DNA of 64,000 nucleotides. Origin: Octopus sinensis. Its lineage: Eukaryota. The position numbers and the translations under genes are program-made. The stretch covers positions 37,014,001 to 37,078,000 of the forward strand of contig NC_043012.1 of the NCBI RefSeq assembly GCF_006345805.1, written 5' to 3'. Shown here piece by piece: positions 36,886 to 49,845 of the stretch. Position 1 is the stretch's first letter. Each line of letters begins with the position of its first letter. The notes under the pieces are model-generated. The model was not told where the DNA came from. It did no database searches and saw nothing but the letters and a program-made list of their open reading frames with translations.

Positions 36886-39800
36886 CAAACACATACGCAT
36901 GCACGCACACACCTACACTCACCCACTCTCATAGATACATGACAGGCTGTTTGGTAAATTTGGACAAGTGCCCCTTCAGTTGAGCTGGGGCTTTTGGCAA
37001 AGACACCCAAGGTGCTGCACAGTGGGACTGAACCTGAAACCTCACAGTTGTGAATTCGACTACTTAACCACACAGCCATGCCTATGTCTTTACAGGTTTA
37101 AAAAATATTTAAAAAAAGCTATGATTATTAGGAAAATTAGACTGACATCAAATAGGGAGGTTTTAGAGGTTAAGCATGAAGATGAAAGGTCAATGGATTG
37201 TCTCATGAGCAGCATTTTACTGTGACCTTGGTAGTGCAAGGAATTCTTAAAGACTCTGTCCTCTCCTTAGCTATAATTAGGTACTGTGTGTGAGGGTGGT
37301 TGGCCACAGAGTTGTGTGTTTAATTAGCATGCAGTCTTGAGTTCAAATTCCATTCAGGGTGCTCATGCAAAATGTAGAAATTAAAACAAACAAAAATAAT
37401 ATATATATGACTAGTGCTCCAAACTCTATGGGCCCCTTTGATTCCTATTTTACTCTCCTGAACCCTACATTCCATCTTTAAAAAAAGCCCCATCATATTT
37501 TCATAATTAAATGTTATTAAGAATTGTATTAAAAAAATTGGTAAAATATTTCGTGTCTTGTAGGAATAAAACCGGTTTTACATAAATTTCAACAACAGAA
37601 TCTTATGTGGATCCCTAAGGATCAATGCCCCCCACCCAGAGTCATATATGAACCCCGGTTGGTAGCCACTGGTCAAACAGGAGCTGACTAGGGGCACGTA
37701 ACCCATGAAGGAAGGGAGATAATTAAGTAAAGCTGGAAATCATTTTTTTTCATATATATTTTAATGGTTTATCAAAGCTCATAGACAACTGCGACCCACA
37801 GGACTTCCTGAATAGGACGCAAAATGCAAATTTCTTTTGAATTTTTGTAGTAGTGCGGTCCTTTTGAGGATGAACCTCATCTCATGCGGCCAAATTCTCG
37901 AAAGAGGTTGCCCCTGCACAGATTACTAGAAATATTTTGCATAGTTATCTGCCCCTCGTCATTGGTTGTCTGCCCCTGGCTATCATTTGTTAATCAAATT
38001 TCATTTATTCAAATGGCTTATCCTTCAGTAGACACCCTTTGACCCTTTTCGGAGCCTCTCTGGCTATTGTGGGAAGGAGGGAGGAAATAATCTTTCGACG
38101 GGGCATCTCACCTGAGCCCTAACAACAGAGTGGAGGGTATTAAAAGTCTCCTCCACGCCTCAAAGGTCATGTGGTGTTGTTAGACCAGGTGAGGAATTAA
38201 TCATACATACGACCTACTAGACTTTGATTAACAACCAATTTATTATTGTAACGTGTGTGTGTTTTATGTATGTTTATATTCATGTATATACATCATGATC
38301 ATCATCATCGTTTAACGTCTGCTTTCCATTCTAGCATGGGTTGGACGGTTTGACTGAGGGCTGGCAAACCAGATGGCTGCACCAGGCTCCAGTCTTGATC
38401 TGGCAGAGTTTCTACAGCTGGATGCCCTTCCTAACGCCAACCACACCGAGAGTGTAGTGGGTGCTTTTACGTGCCACCGACACGGGGGCTAGTCAGGCTG
38501 TACTGGCAACGACCTTGCTTGAATCTTTTTACACATGCCAACGGCACAGGTGCCAGTAAGGCGATGCTAGTAACGATCACGCTTGAATGGTGCCTCTTGC
38601 ATGCCACTGGTATCGAAGCCAGTTGGCCACTCTGGCAACGATCATGCTCGGATGGTGCTCTTAGCACCCTACTAGCACGGTAAGGCGAAGTGCCAGTAAG
38701 GCGAAGCTGGTAACGATCACACTCGAACGGTGCCTTTTATGTATATACTTGAAATTGTTCATAAAATATTTAGTTTTGTACTCTGTGATTTTTCCAACTG
38801 CAGAGGCCAACCAAATGAAACTCTGGCTATAATACAAGGATTCCTTACTGTTTCCATTCGGATATACAATATATGTGGAGTTCAAAATACGAGTCGATTA
38901 GCATGCAATTTGAATTTGAAGAATACCATACAGGCGTGGCTATGTAGTGAGTGGCTTGCTTACCACCCACGAGGTTCTGAGTTCAGTCCTACAGCGTGGC
39001 ACCTTGGGCAAATATCTTCTATTGTAGCCTCGGGCTGACCAAAGCCTTATGAGATGATTTGGAAGTTGGAAACTTCATCATATATATACCTGTGTGACAT
39101 CATCATCATCATCATTTAATATCTGTTTTCCATGCTGGCATAGGTTTTATATATATATATATATATATATCATCATCATCATTTAATGTCCATTGTTCAT
39201 GCTGGCATGGGTTGGACAATTTGACCAAGGCTGGTAAGTTGGAAGGCTGCACCAGACTCCAGTCTGATTTGGCATGGTTTTCCATGGTTGGATGCCCTTC
39301 CTAATGCCAACCACTCAGAGAGCGTGCTATGTCTTTATATCTGTTCATACTCCCCACCACCACCACCATTTGACAGCAACTGGTGTTGATGTGTTTACGT
39401 CCCTATAACTTAGCAGTTTGGCAAAACAACCAATAGAATAAATTCCAGGCTTAAAAAAAAAAAAGGTTGATTCATTCAACTAAAACATTTTCAAGGCAGT
39501 GCTCCAGCATGGCCATAGTCTAATGACTAAAACAAGTAAAAAATAAAAGATATATATATATATATATATATATATACGTACACACACATGTGTATATATA
39601 CACACACACACACACATATTCATACATACATGCATACATATATAACATTGTCATCATCATCATCATCATTTAACATCCGTTTTCCATGCTGAGTATGGGT
39701 TGGACGATGTGACTGAGGTCTGGAGAGCCAGTGGCTGCACCAGGCTCCAATCTGATCTGGTAATGTTTCTACAGCTGGGATGCCCTTCCTAACCCCAACC

Positions 39801-40374
39801 ACTTGAAGAGTGTAGTGGGTGCTTTTCACATACCACCGGCACAAGAGCCAGTCAGGTGGGCCTGGCATTGACCACGTTCAGATGGTGCTTTTTATGTGCC
39901 ATTGACACAGGGAGCCAGTCAGGAGATTCTGGTATCGACCACATTCAGATGATGCCTTTTACATGCCACCAGAACGGGGTGTCAGTCAGGGGGCACTGGC
40001 CACAGCTGTGATTTTGGTTTTACTTGACTCAACAGGTCTTCTCAAGCATATCATATCACCCGATGCATCAAGGGTACTCTTGAATGGGCTGGTCATGCAA
40101 CACTGGCATCAGCCATGGCTGCGATCTCACTTTAATGGCTGGGTATTCTCAATCACAGCATATTTATACACACACACACTTACTCACACGCACACATATA
40201 CCCACACATGCACACATATACATACAGTGGACAAATGAAAAAAAGGGCACTCAGCACATTTTTGGGGAGTTACATTTATTTATTTTTCAGTTTGATTTGG
40301 ATTTTTGCTGCTTCAAGTTTTGAAGCCCCTAACGGAGCTTATCTCCTCAAGCTGGAGACATGTGTGTGTGTGTG

Positions 40375-41285
40375 TAAACCCCTCTACATAGCTTTTGTGG
40401 ACTTGGAGAAAGCCTTTGACAGGGTCCCCCGATCCCTTATCTGGTGGTTGATGCGGAAACTGGAGATTGACGAATGGCTAATAAGGGCTGTTCAGGCCCT
40501 ATACAGAGAGACTCAGCAAGGTTACGATTGGCAATGAGTATAGTGAAGAATTCTGGGTAGAAGTAGGTGTCCACCAAGGTTCAGCCCTCAGTCCCCTTTA
40601 ATTCATCATAGTCCTCCAGGCAATGACAGAGGAATTCAAAACAGGTTGCCCCTGGGAGCTCCTCTATGCTGATGACCTGGCTCTCATAGCAGAATCACTA
40701 CTGGAACTAGAAAAGAAATTTCGGGTGTGGAAGCAAGGGTTAGAATCAAAGGGCCTTAGAGTAAATGTAGCAAAGACCAAAGTTATAGTAAGCAGAAAGG
40801 CGAACTCATCACACACACCCTCGGGCAGGTGGCCCTGCTCGATCTGTAGGAAAGGTGTAGGTCGAAACTCCATAAGATGTACCCAGTGTAAGCTATGGAC
40901 GCATAAGAGGTGCAGCAACATCAAAGGGAAATTAAGTGATAAGAAAGCTTTCATGTGTGGCAGATGCACAGGGACAATAGACACCACAGACACTCAGAAA
41001 AGAGATTCCATCACACTCCAGGGAGAGAAACTAGAAGTAGTTGATAGTTTCCGCTACCTGGGTGACCAAGTTAGTAGTGGGGGTGGATGCTCAGAGAGTG
41101 TCACCACTAGAATACGAATAGCCTGGGCAAAGTTTAGAAAGCTCCTACCCCTACTGGCGACAAAGGGTCTCTCACTCAGAGCGAAAGGTAGATTGTATGA
41201 TGCATGTGTGCGAACTGCCATGCTTCACAGCAGTGAAACATGGGCTGTGACTGCAGAGGACATGCGTAGACTTGAAAGAAATGAA
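40375..41285 (+). mobile_element. RTE-clade LINE fragment (RT domain plus PHD-like finger), frameshifted and truncated
   Basis: Encodes FVDLEKAFDRVPR, GVHQGS.LSP, LLYADD, a C4HC3 finger, FRYLGD and RIRIAWAKF across two frames. Confidence 0.9.
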
Positions 41286-41469
41286 TTGCTATATTCCTTT
41301 GAAAGTGGAATGACATCTCGACATATTTTGCTAACATTGTGACAGATAGACAGATACAATGGTTTCTTTTTTTTTTTCTTTTCTTAAATTCTTTATATTT
41401 AAAAAAGAAAATAATTTCTGAATTTCTCATCATTGTTTCTTTTTTTTTTTTTTCTTTTTCCAAATGCAG

Positions 41470-42479
41470 GTAAAGTGATTTGTCGAGAGAATGCTGTTGT
41501 TCATAGCTCTGTCAACCCCCAGACTGCTGGTGCTGGTAACGAAGACAATCTTTTACCTGAAGACCACAAAGATCACACCGTGCCAACAATTAGTGGAGTT
41601 TATGGTTCCTTCCCCAACACCAATATTACCGTCAACATCACACTGAGTCCGCAGGCCTTGATGGGGCAGGGTCCCATCACAGTAACGGCTAACACTGCCT
41701 CGTCATCTCATGAAGGTGGCGGCGGCAGTGGCACGCACAGGTCATCTGGCGGCAACAATGCTGCAGTCAGTGGGAGCAATTCTTTGCCAAACGGGATTCG
41801 CTGTGCCACTTCATCTTCTGCTACAACCACTACCATTGATCTTAGTCAAGCCGGACCATCGACTTCAAGAAGCAGCACCATTGCTGAAGATAGAATCCAT
41901 GCGTTGGCAATCGGTAGCTTTTCACATTCCAAATCTCATAGTGCCCGTACGTCTCAGCCAGGCGTGAAAGTTGTAGCTACAAACTGTAGTAGTAGTAGTA
42001 GTAATAGTACCAACTACGAGCACCCGAACCAACCTGCATTCCCCATTCATTTGGTTCCGAATAACGCTAGTTACGATGGCAGTGGTAGCAGCAAAAAGAG
42101 TCGTTTGGACATGACGGCCGTGTTGTCCGGACCGACTAACCTATCCAACTCCGGACAAGTTGAACACAATCAAAGTACAGAACGGTCGCGCTTTAAGCGG
42201 ATTCTTCCCAAACCAAGCAGCAATTACCTACGCAACCCTTCATCTGCTTCTCACCACGGCTTGGCAGCGAGTTCCACATCTTCTTCTTCCTCTTCCTCTT
42301 CCTTCAGACACAGTACTGGCAGCAATCAGAACCGGTTGGCCTCAGCACCGTCGTCGCTCAGCACTTCGGCCTTGACCGCAACCTCTTCCACGCAAAACCG
42401 CTACGTGTCCATGCCTTCGAAAGACGGACATTCTTCTTCGGAAAACTCAGTCATTTTCATAAAGCAGGACCCGGATTGA
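41470..42479 (+). CDS. Terminal coding exon 3 of the same gene (Ser/Thr/Gly-rich, probably disordered C-terminus)
   Basis: Poly-pyrimidine tract and TGCAG acceptor (AG 41468-41469). Joins in phase 1 into ORF 41433-42479 (GKVICREN...IKQDPD*), with TGA at 42477-42479. Total CDS is 2805 nt = 934 aa + stop. Confidence 0.78.
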
Positions 42480-42654
42480 CTACAGAATGCAGATGTATCC
42501 TCCAGTGGCTGCTTCTCATCTCACAGTGCCACGACACTAATTTACCATAGTGTCTACCTACAGCAGTCACTTTATCTCTCTATACTAGTCAGTTATTCTA
42601 GAGCACCACATTCTCTTTGCTGGTTGATTTTCTTTCTTCAAGTGGGGGACATCA

Positions 42655-42698
<44 letters not shown>

Positions 42699-42961
42699 TA
42701 TTATTATCATTATCATTACTACAATTACTACTATCTTAATTACTATCATTATCATTATTCATTATCGTTGCTATTGGTTTTCATTATTTTCTTATTCCAA
42801 CAATATTTACAGAGTCTGGTTTCCCCAAATTCTTCACAAGCTTCTCTAATATTCTCACAGTTTTTTTTTTCTTTTCTATTAAACGGAACGGAACATCGAA
42901 GCTTTTCAGTGAAGAACGGAAACTTTGTGAAAGAAATGTGTCTTAGTCACCTTTTTTATTA

Positions 42962-42992
<31 letters not shown>

Positions 42993-44228
42993 TGAAATTT
43001 AATTTTTACACAATCTCTATGATTTTTACATTGTCTACATAAATACCCGAGCACTTCTAAGCTTTATCTTCCTCCAATCAGCAAAAAAAAACAACAAAAA
43101 AGAGTGCTCCACAATTTAATTAAATTTAAATATTTTTTTTTTTCGCAAAACGTTATGATAATAGCAACATGCCTTTTTTTTTTTTTTCCAAAAGAAAAAA
43201 CATCATTCCAAATTGTTTTTGTTTTTTTTTTTTACTTTTTATATTCAAAAATCGAGGAACTTGTTCCAAATCTTGAGTAAATGCCAAAAATTGGGAACAC
43301 TGACAATTCCATTGGTTTGTCTGTTCCGATTTTTTTTTTTTTTTACCAAACAATGTGTACATAGACCAACAACATCTGCCTAGATATTAACACCTCGCCT
43401 ACGTGTATCTCGGCACCTTTCTGTGTTCACCATATTCCTTAAAATTAACTCAATCTCATATAAACTCCGTTCTTCTTTTATTGTCTGTAACAATATTTTC
43501 TTTTTATTTTTGTTCTGGTCTTTTCCTGTTTTCGCCATCTTTTAAATAATTTTGTTCATATTTTTATTTAACTTAAATGTTTCTTTTCCTTTTTTTTCTT
43601 TTAAATTTTTGTTGTTGTTATTGTTGATCAATTTTTAATATTTAAACAACATAGAATAATATATTATTATTATTATCATTACTATTACTATTATTACTAT
43701 TATTATTATTATTAATATCGCAGACACATTCACTCCACTTGTAACTGTTATTCCCAGTGGAATCAGACTCCACTTTGAACCCAGTTCAACTAAAAACTAA
43801 ATGCATGCCATTTTTAAGATGCATATATCTATATACATATATGTATATATAAATATGCATACACATTCGCACAAATATGTATGTATATTTCTATATATGT
43901 ATATATATATATATATATAATATGTATGTCTGTGAAAAACTCTAATGGCAACAGAACCAGTTGTGTAAGAAAGATGAGTCCTAGTTGTGAAAGAGGGCTT
44001 AGAATGGTTGTAATTTATAATCCTTCCTCGTACCTTTATTTTTTTTTTTCAATTCTTTATTCCTTGGTCCGTGCTATTCACTGACCACTTTTCTGACCAC
44101 TGTCACATATCTCTAATCACCGAATAGTAATAATGATAACTACTATGTTTCTCTCACTGCGAACCCATCACTCACCGCAACCAGCAGCTTATACACGCGC
44201 ACACACACACACGTAAATATATATACAT

Positions 44229-44307
<79 letters not shown>

Positions 44308-45104
44308 TACATACATATACATACTCATACATATTTACACAAACACAATATATATGTATATACATATACTCACATGTGTATGCACGTGCGCATGTGTGTG
44401 TGTGTATATATACACTCACATATATATACATATATATATATGATGGTTCTTGCTTTCATAACACTGATGCTGTTTTAAGGGAATTTTAACAACAACAACA
44501 ACAATTAGCCTAAATTAACTAACGAGTGCCTTTTAAATTCACAACGTTGTTATTTCCAGTTGACATGTAGGACGAGTAGGTTTTCTTCTTCAGTCTCCTA
44601 CATGTGTGACTCATCCGCCTACATGTGTCTTTTTTTTTGTCAATTTTTCTACTACGTTTGTAGAACTTTAAACTACTTAAGTACACAATTTTTTTTTATA
44701 TATATACATACATATATATATATATATATCCTCCGTTGTGGATAGTTGTGAATATCAAATAGCTGTCGACTATTTCTCTAGCTACCTTTATCCCATTTAT
44801 ACATACATATATATATATATACATGTATATTGTATCTCTGGTTTTGAAAAAAAAGAAAAAGGAAGAAAAAGACACACACACCCACACAAAATAAAAGATA
44901 AAAAAGAAAAACAACCAACTTTGCTACATTTACTTATATCTTTCTTCCTTCTTATTCTACGAAAACAAAGTAAAAAAAATATATACCAACCAAACAAACA
45001 AAAAAAACAACAAAATTAGCAAACAAACAAAAACTTTTGTATTTACCATCAACTTCACAATTTTTATTCAAATTCACTGCATTATTATTATTATCATTAT
45101 CATT

Positions 45105-45160
<56 letters not shown>

Positions 45161-45700
45161 CTACTCCCTCCTCACCAACTTCGCCTTTTGCTCTGCTATG
45201 GGGTTGTTTTCTTGTTTTTCTTTCAGGTCGGCAAACATCTTCTGCCTTCATTGAATCATAAAACAATTTCTCTCTCTCTCTCTCTTTCTCTCTCAGCATC
45301 ACATTTTGGTTGGTGCTGCTCTCTCTCTCTCTCTCATTTTGTTTACCATTCTCTGGTTGTGATGTACCCCTCACCCACCCATCAAAAATGAAACCACTGC
45401 ATCTTCACTCAAATACCCTTTTTTTTCCTTTTGTTATCATGGATTCCCATCTCCAAGTGATTTTCTATGCCACTCCACTTAGAATATACTTGGATTGTCA
45501 GCCTTCGAGACAATAATAACCATTAATTTGCTTGTTTTCCCCACTTTGTTCTCTCTGCTGGTCTGCTTCACCATTCCATGTCTTCTGTCTGTTTGGACCA
45601 GCAGTTTGTCTTACTAAACACTGCTACCAGTATATATCAACAGATATTAAAATGTTTAACAGGTGTAATTTCTCTTGATTATTATTATTATTATTATTTT

Positions 45701-46140
45701 AGGTGGCAAGCTGGCAGAGTCATTAGCACACCAGGCGAAATGCTTAGTGGTATTTTGTCAGTCGCTATGTTCTGAGTTCAAATTTTGCCGAGGTCGACTT
45801 TGCCTTTCATCCTTTCGGGGGTTGATAAATTAAGTACCAGTTGAACACTGGGGTCGATGTAATCGGCTCATCCCCTCCCGCCCCAAAATTGCTGCCCTTG
45901 TGGCAAAATTTGAAACCATTATCATTATTAAGGTGGCAGGTTGGCGGAACCGTTAGCACACCAGGCAAAATGCTTAACAGTATTTCGTTCTGAGTTCAAA
46001 TTCCACTGAGATCGACCTTTACCTTTCATCTTTTTGGGGTCGATAAATTAAGTACCAAAGAAATACTGGGGTGTTGATGTAATCAACTTGTCCCCCTCCC
46101 CTCAAATTTCAGGCATTGTGCCCATAGTAGAAAGGATTAC
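45701..46140 (+). mobile_element. Two tandem SINE family B copies joined by (TTA)n
   Basis: Same body as 17405-17623, and each copy is preceded by TTA repeats. Confidence 0.78.
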
Positions 46141-48841
46141 TAGTTATTAATACTGTATTGTAGACAGATCTTGTGTTGTTTTAACAACCCAAGGAGTGAG
46201 TTATAACCAAGGATGAAAGGGGTCTTTTGTGATTCTTTCATCAGCTAAGGTTTTTAAGCCTCTTTTTTTTAGGGTCCTTGTAGTTTCTAGTCACATAGTT
46301 TCCTGTCAGAGTTTATTATTATTATTTTTATTATATGGAAGTGTGTGTATGTACCTGTGAGAGTTTCAGGTGAATGTTTTCACCACTCGTTAGAGAAGAG
46401 GTGTTTCTGTTTGTGATTTGTTTGTGAAAAGTCAGGTTTTTACAAACCATTCTTTTGCTAAATTACGTTTTGGAATTTGAATTTATTTGTTAGATTACAT
46501 AATTTGCCAAAAATGACTTCCATCTAGGGGTTTATTTAATGATAAAGCAAAGAGAGCTTTCAGTGAGATTTCAATGATATGATTGAATGACATTGTTGAG
46601 TTGGTGTGAGAGGTCAGTTCTGGCCAATAAAATACCAAATTAATCATTTCTTTTTAAAACTGTTGACCTTTATTTTGGCAGAAGAGAAATTTTCTTCTTA
46701 AATCTCAACTTTTTTGTTTTTTCTAAATGTTTAGACCTGTTGAAATGACAGAATATTCTACAGAATTGGTTAGGATTGCTTCTTGTAGAGTCTCTGATAG
46801 TTGGTAGCTGTTTATACCAGTATCTCTATGTTAAAAGTGGGCCCTGGACTCTTATATAATATATATATATATATATATATATCCCTCTCTCTCTCTCGGA
46901 GAGGCACTGAGCAGCTATACGCACACATACACACACGGCAGTAACTTCCACCTACCGAATTCAATCACAAAGCTTTGGTTGGCTCGGGGCTATAGTGGAA
47001 GACACCTACCCAAAGTGCCATGCAGTGGGACTGAACCCGAAACCATGTAGCTAGGAAGGAAGATATATATATATATATATATATCTGGTGGTGGGGGTAC
47101 TGGGGTGAGGGATTTATTCATTGCAGATTGAGTTAGTAGAGAAGACAACAGTCAGAATGAACTTGTTTAATTACACTGAAATAAATCTCGTTAATTAATT
47201 AGTAGTCAATTTGCTTAAGTGTAGTGTTTTTAATTACCTGACTAAAGATTTAGGTAATTGACACAAGATTGAGCATTTCACTTTAATAAATTAATCCAAT
47301 CATTTCCACTTTTCAATGTCTGTTGAGATCTTGGACCTGTTTGTGGAACATTCTGGTCCAGAACGTAGACTTGGACAAAGATTTTGTTTCCTTTCTTTTA
47401 TTTTTCTTAATGGAAGTCTCATTAATTGTCAGATATTCAAGTCTGCCCTCTACATAATGAATATTGCCCAAGAGAAAGTTGAGAGCATCGTTGCACGCTT
47501 TGCTTATAGAATTCCGAGAACCAGAACAGATGCCAAAGGGCATCTCACCTGATGCTCTGGTAATTATACCAATCCCCTGCACTGGATTTATTCACCCCAG
47601 AAAGGAATAAAAACATAAGTGACCTTTGCTGGAATTGAACTCAGTGTGCAGGGAACTAGAACAAATACCTGCCAGCTGCTGGCTCAAGTGCGAGCCTTGT
47701 TCAGACTGGGTCACTCACCCAAAGTACACAATGAAGGTGGTTAGCCTCTTAGAAATAGCAGCTAAATCTCCCTCTAATCACTACTTACCATCTTCACCTC
47801 CTTATTATCATATTTCTATTCGAATAAATTGTCTTTGATTTAATTAATTTCAGAAAGAGTGAAGAATTTGGTAAAATAACTTTGTTATTAAGCTGGTGTT
47901 TGGAACATCAATTAACATGGAATTTTAATTAAAGCTTTTAATTCAGATCACTTTAACCCTTTTGTTACCCTATTCCTGTTGGAATACACTGCCTTTCTTC
48001 CAGTCAGTTTTGGAATGAAGAATTTAGTAAAATTACATCCTTGTTAAGCTGGCGTTTAGAATATTAACCAACACGAAATTCTAATAGAAGGCTTTAGTTT
48101 AAAACAAGGAGTTTATATCACAAATCCAGGGGCAGTGGTGGGTATAAGAAGGGTTAAACTTACCTAATTACATTTAATTTATCCTCTTTATATATATTTC
48201 TTCTTTTGCCTTGATAAAATGTGATCAACAGGGATTATGTGTAAAAGAGAATTTCTCTCCAGAGTTCATTTAATAGAAGGTAGAGCTTGTGAAAGGCATT
48301 TGCCCCTTTTTTTATAAAATTACTCTTTAGTTCCTCAATAACCCTTTACCATTCAGATTATTCTGTCAAATGGTAATCCTTATTTATTCCACATTGCTTT
48401 GAATTGATCTTGCATTATCTCATAGCTTTGAGATTTTGATGATGTGATTGTCTATCTTTAGAATAACATTGTAGGGTAAGTGTGAGAGGCCAGATATGGT
48501 TAGTTTACATGGTAAAGAGTTAAATTGTTAAAACCCATTTCTGCAACATTAATTAATATCAGAAATAATTACTTAATTGTTCTTATTTTATATTTTAAAT
48601 CTAATAGCAAAAAACTTTTTTATGCCTTGTTTGCACTCTTCTCTGTTTCGAGGTCTTCTCTCTATTTTGCTCTTGAGTGATTGTCTGTCTGTCTGTCTCT
48701 AGGCAGGGGAAAGTTGGTGGATCTTATGATAGTTTGGAAAGTTATCATGTCTTTTATACATAATTGTAAAATATCTGACCAGGATTCTGTAAGATTCTCA
48801 TGTAGAATTCTTCTAGAATGGTGAATAATATACACAAGTGC

Positions 48842-48887
<46 letters not shown>

Positions 48888-49644
48888 GTATGTATGTTGT
48901 ATATTTAAAGATAGGGTGCTTTTATGCAAATTACAATGGGTTTCATTTCACTCTATGGCATAAATGCCTTGTCTTTGGGTGGGGTGAATGTAGGTAGCAA
49001 TGTGAAGTGGAATGGAAACCGTTTCTCAACTTGTCTCATTGAGAGAATTTTTACTTAATACCAAACACCAAAAATTTGGTTTCATTTGTGTGTAGTATCT
49101 ATCTATCTATCTACCTACCTATCTACCTATCTATCTATCTACCTACTTATCTACCTATCTATCTATCTATCTATCAAACCTCCACACTTTGTATATAGAT
49201 TTGTACATATGTGTGTATATATACATATACATATATATATATCTCCATTTGTATACATACACACACATACATGTATTTATACTTTCTACAAACATTCCTT
49301 ATATTCCAATGTTTTTGTTACATGAAACAATTTTAATTCTCAACTTGGAACTATCTTAAAGACAATCTTTCCAAGAATAGATTGCTGAATTCTGTAAGGA
49401 AATAAAAATAGTCGCTCTGCACACGCACGCGTGGATGTGTGCGTGTAAAGAATTGCGTGTTTACTTTATTTACCTAATTAACAGGAAGAAAATAAATGAG
49501 AAAATTCTATGGGTAAAATTTTTTATCAAGTCAGGATGGTTGTTAAAATTGCAAACATTGGGCCTTTGAACCTATTATGGTATGTGTGTATGTATGTATG
49601 TATGTATGTATATATGTGTGTGTGTGTATATATATATATATACA

Positions 49645-49845
49645 CAGGGTGTTCAAAAAGTCTCTCCACAGTAAGTATTTAATAGAATTCGGGTGATTCT
49701 TGTACCTTGATCCTTTACTTGCTCCACAGAAAAAAAAAAGTCTGGTGGTGTTAAATCAGGTGATCTCGGTGACCAAAGTCCCTTCGAAATAACCTGTTCA
49801 CATGGTGAAAAAAAATCACTGCTGAGAAACTTTTTGAACACCCTG
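49645..49845 (-). mobile_element. Internally deleted Tc1/mariner element (201 bp)
   Basis: 17-bp TIRs CAGGGTGTTCAAAAAGT / ACTTTTTGAACACCCTG within a TA tract. The interior encodes LWSPRSPDLTPPDFF, the conserved SPDL.P.D transposase motif. Confidence 0.85.

Noticed and set aside
41433-41469. ORF-track start of the 348-aa ORF
   Set aside because: This is the intron poly-pyrimidine tract; the exon starts at 41470.
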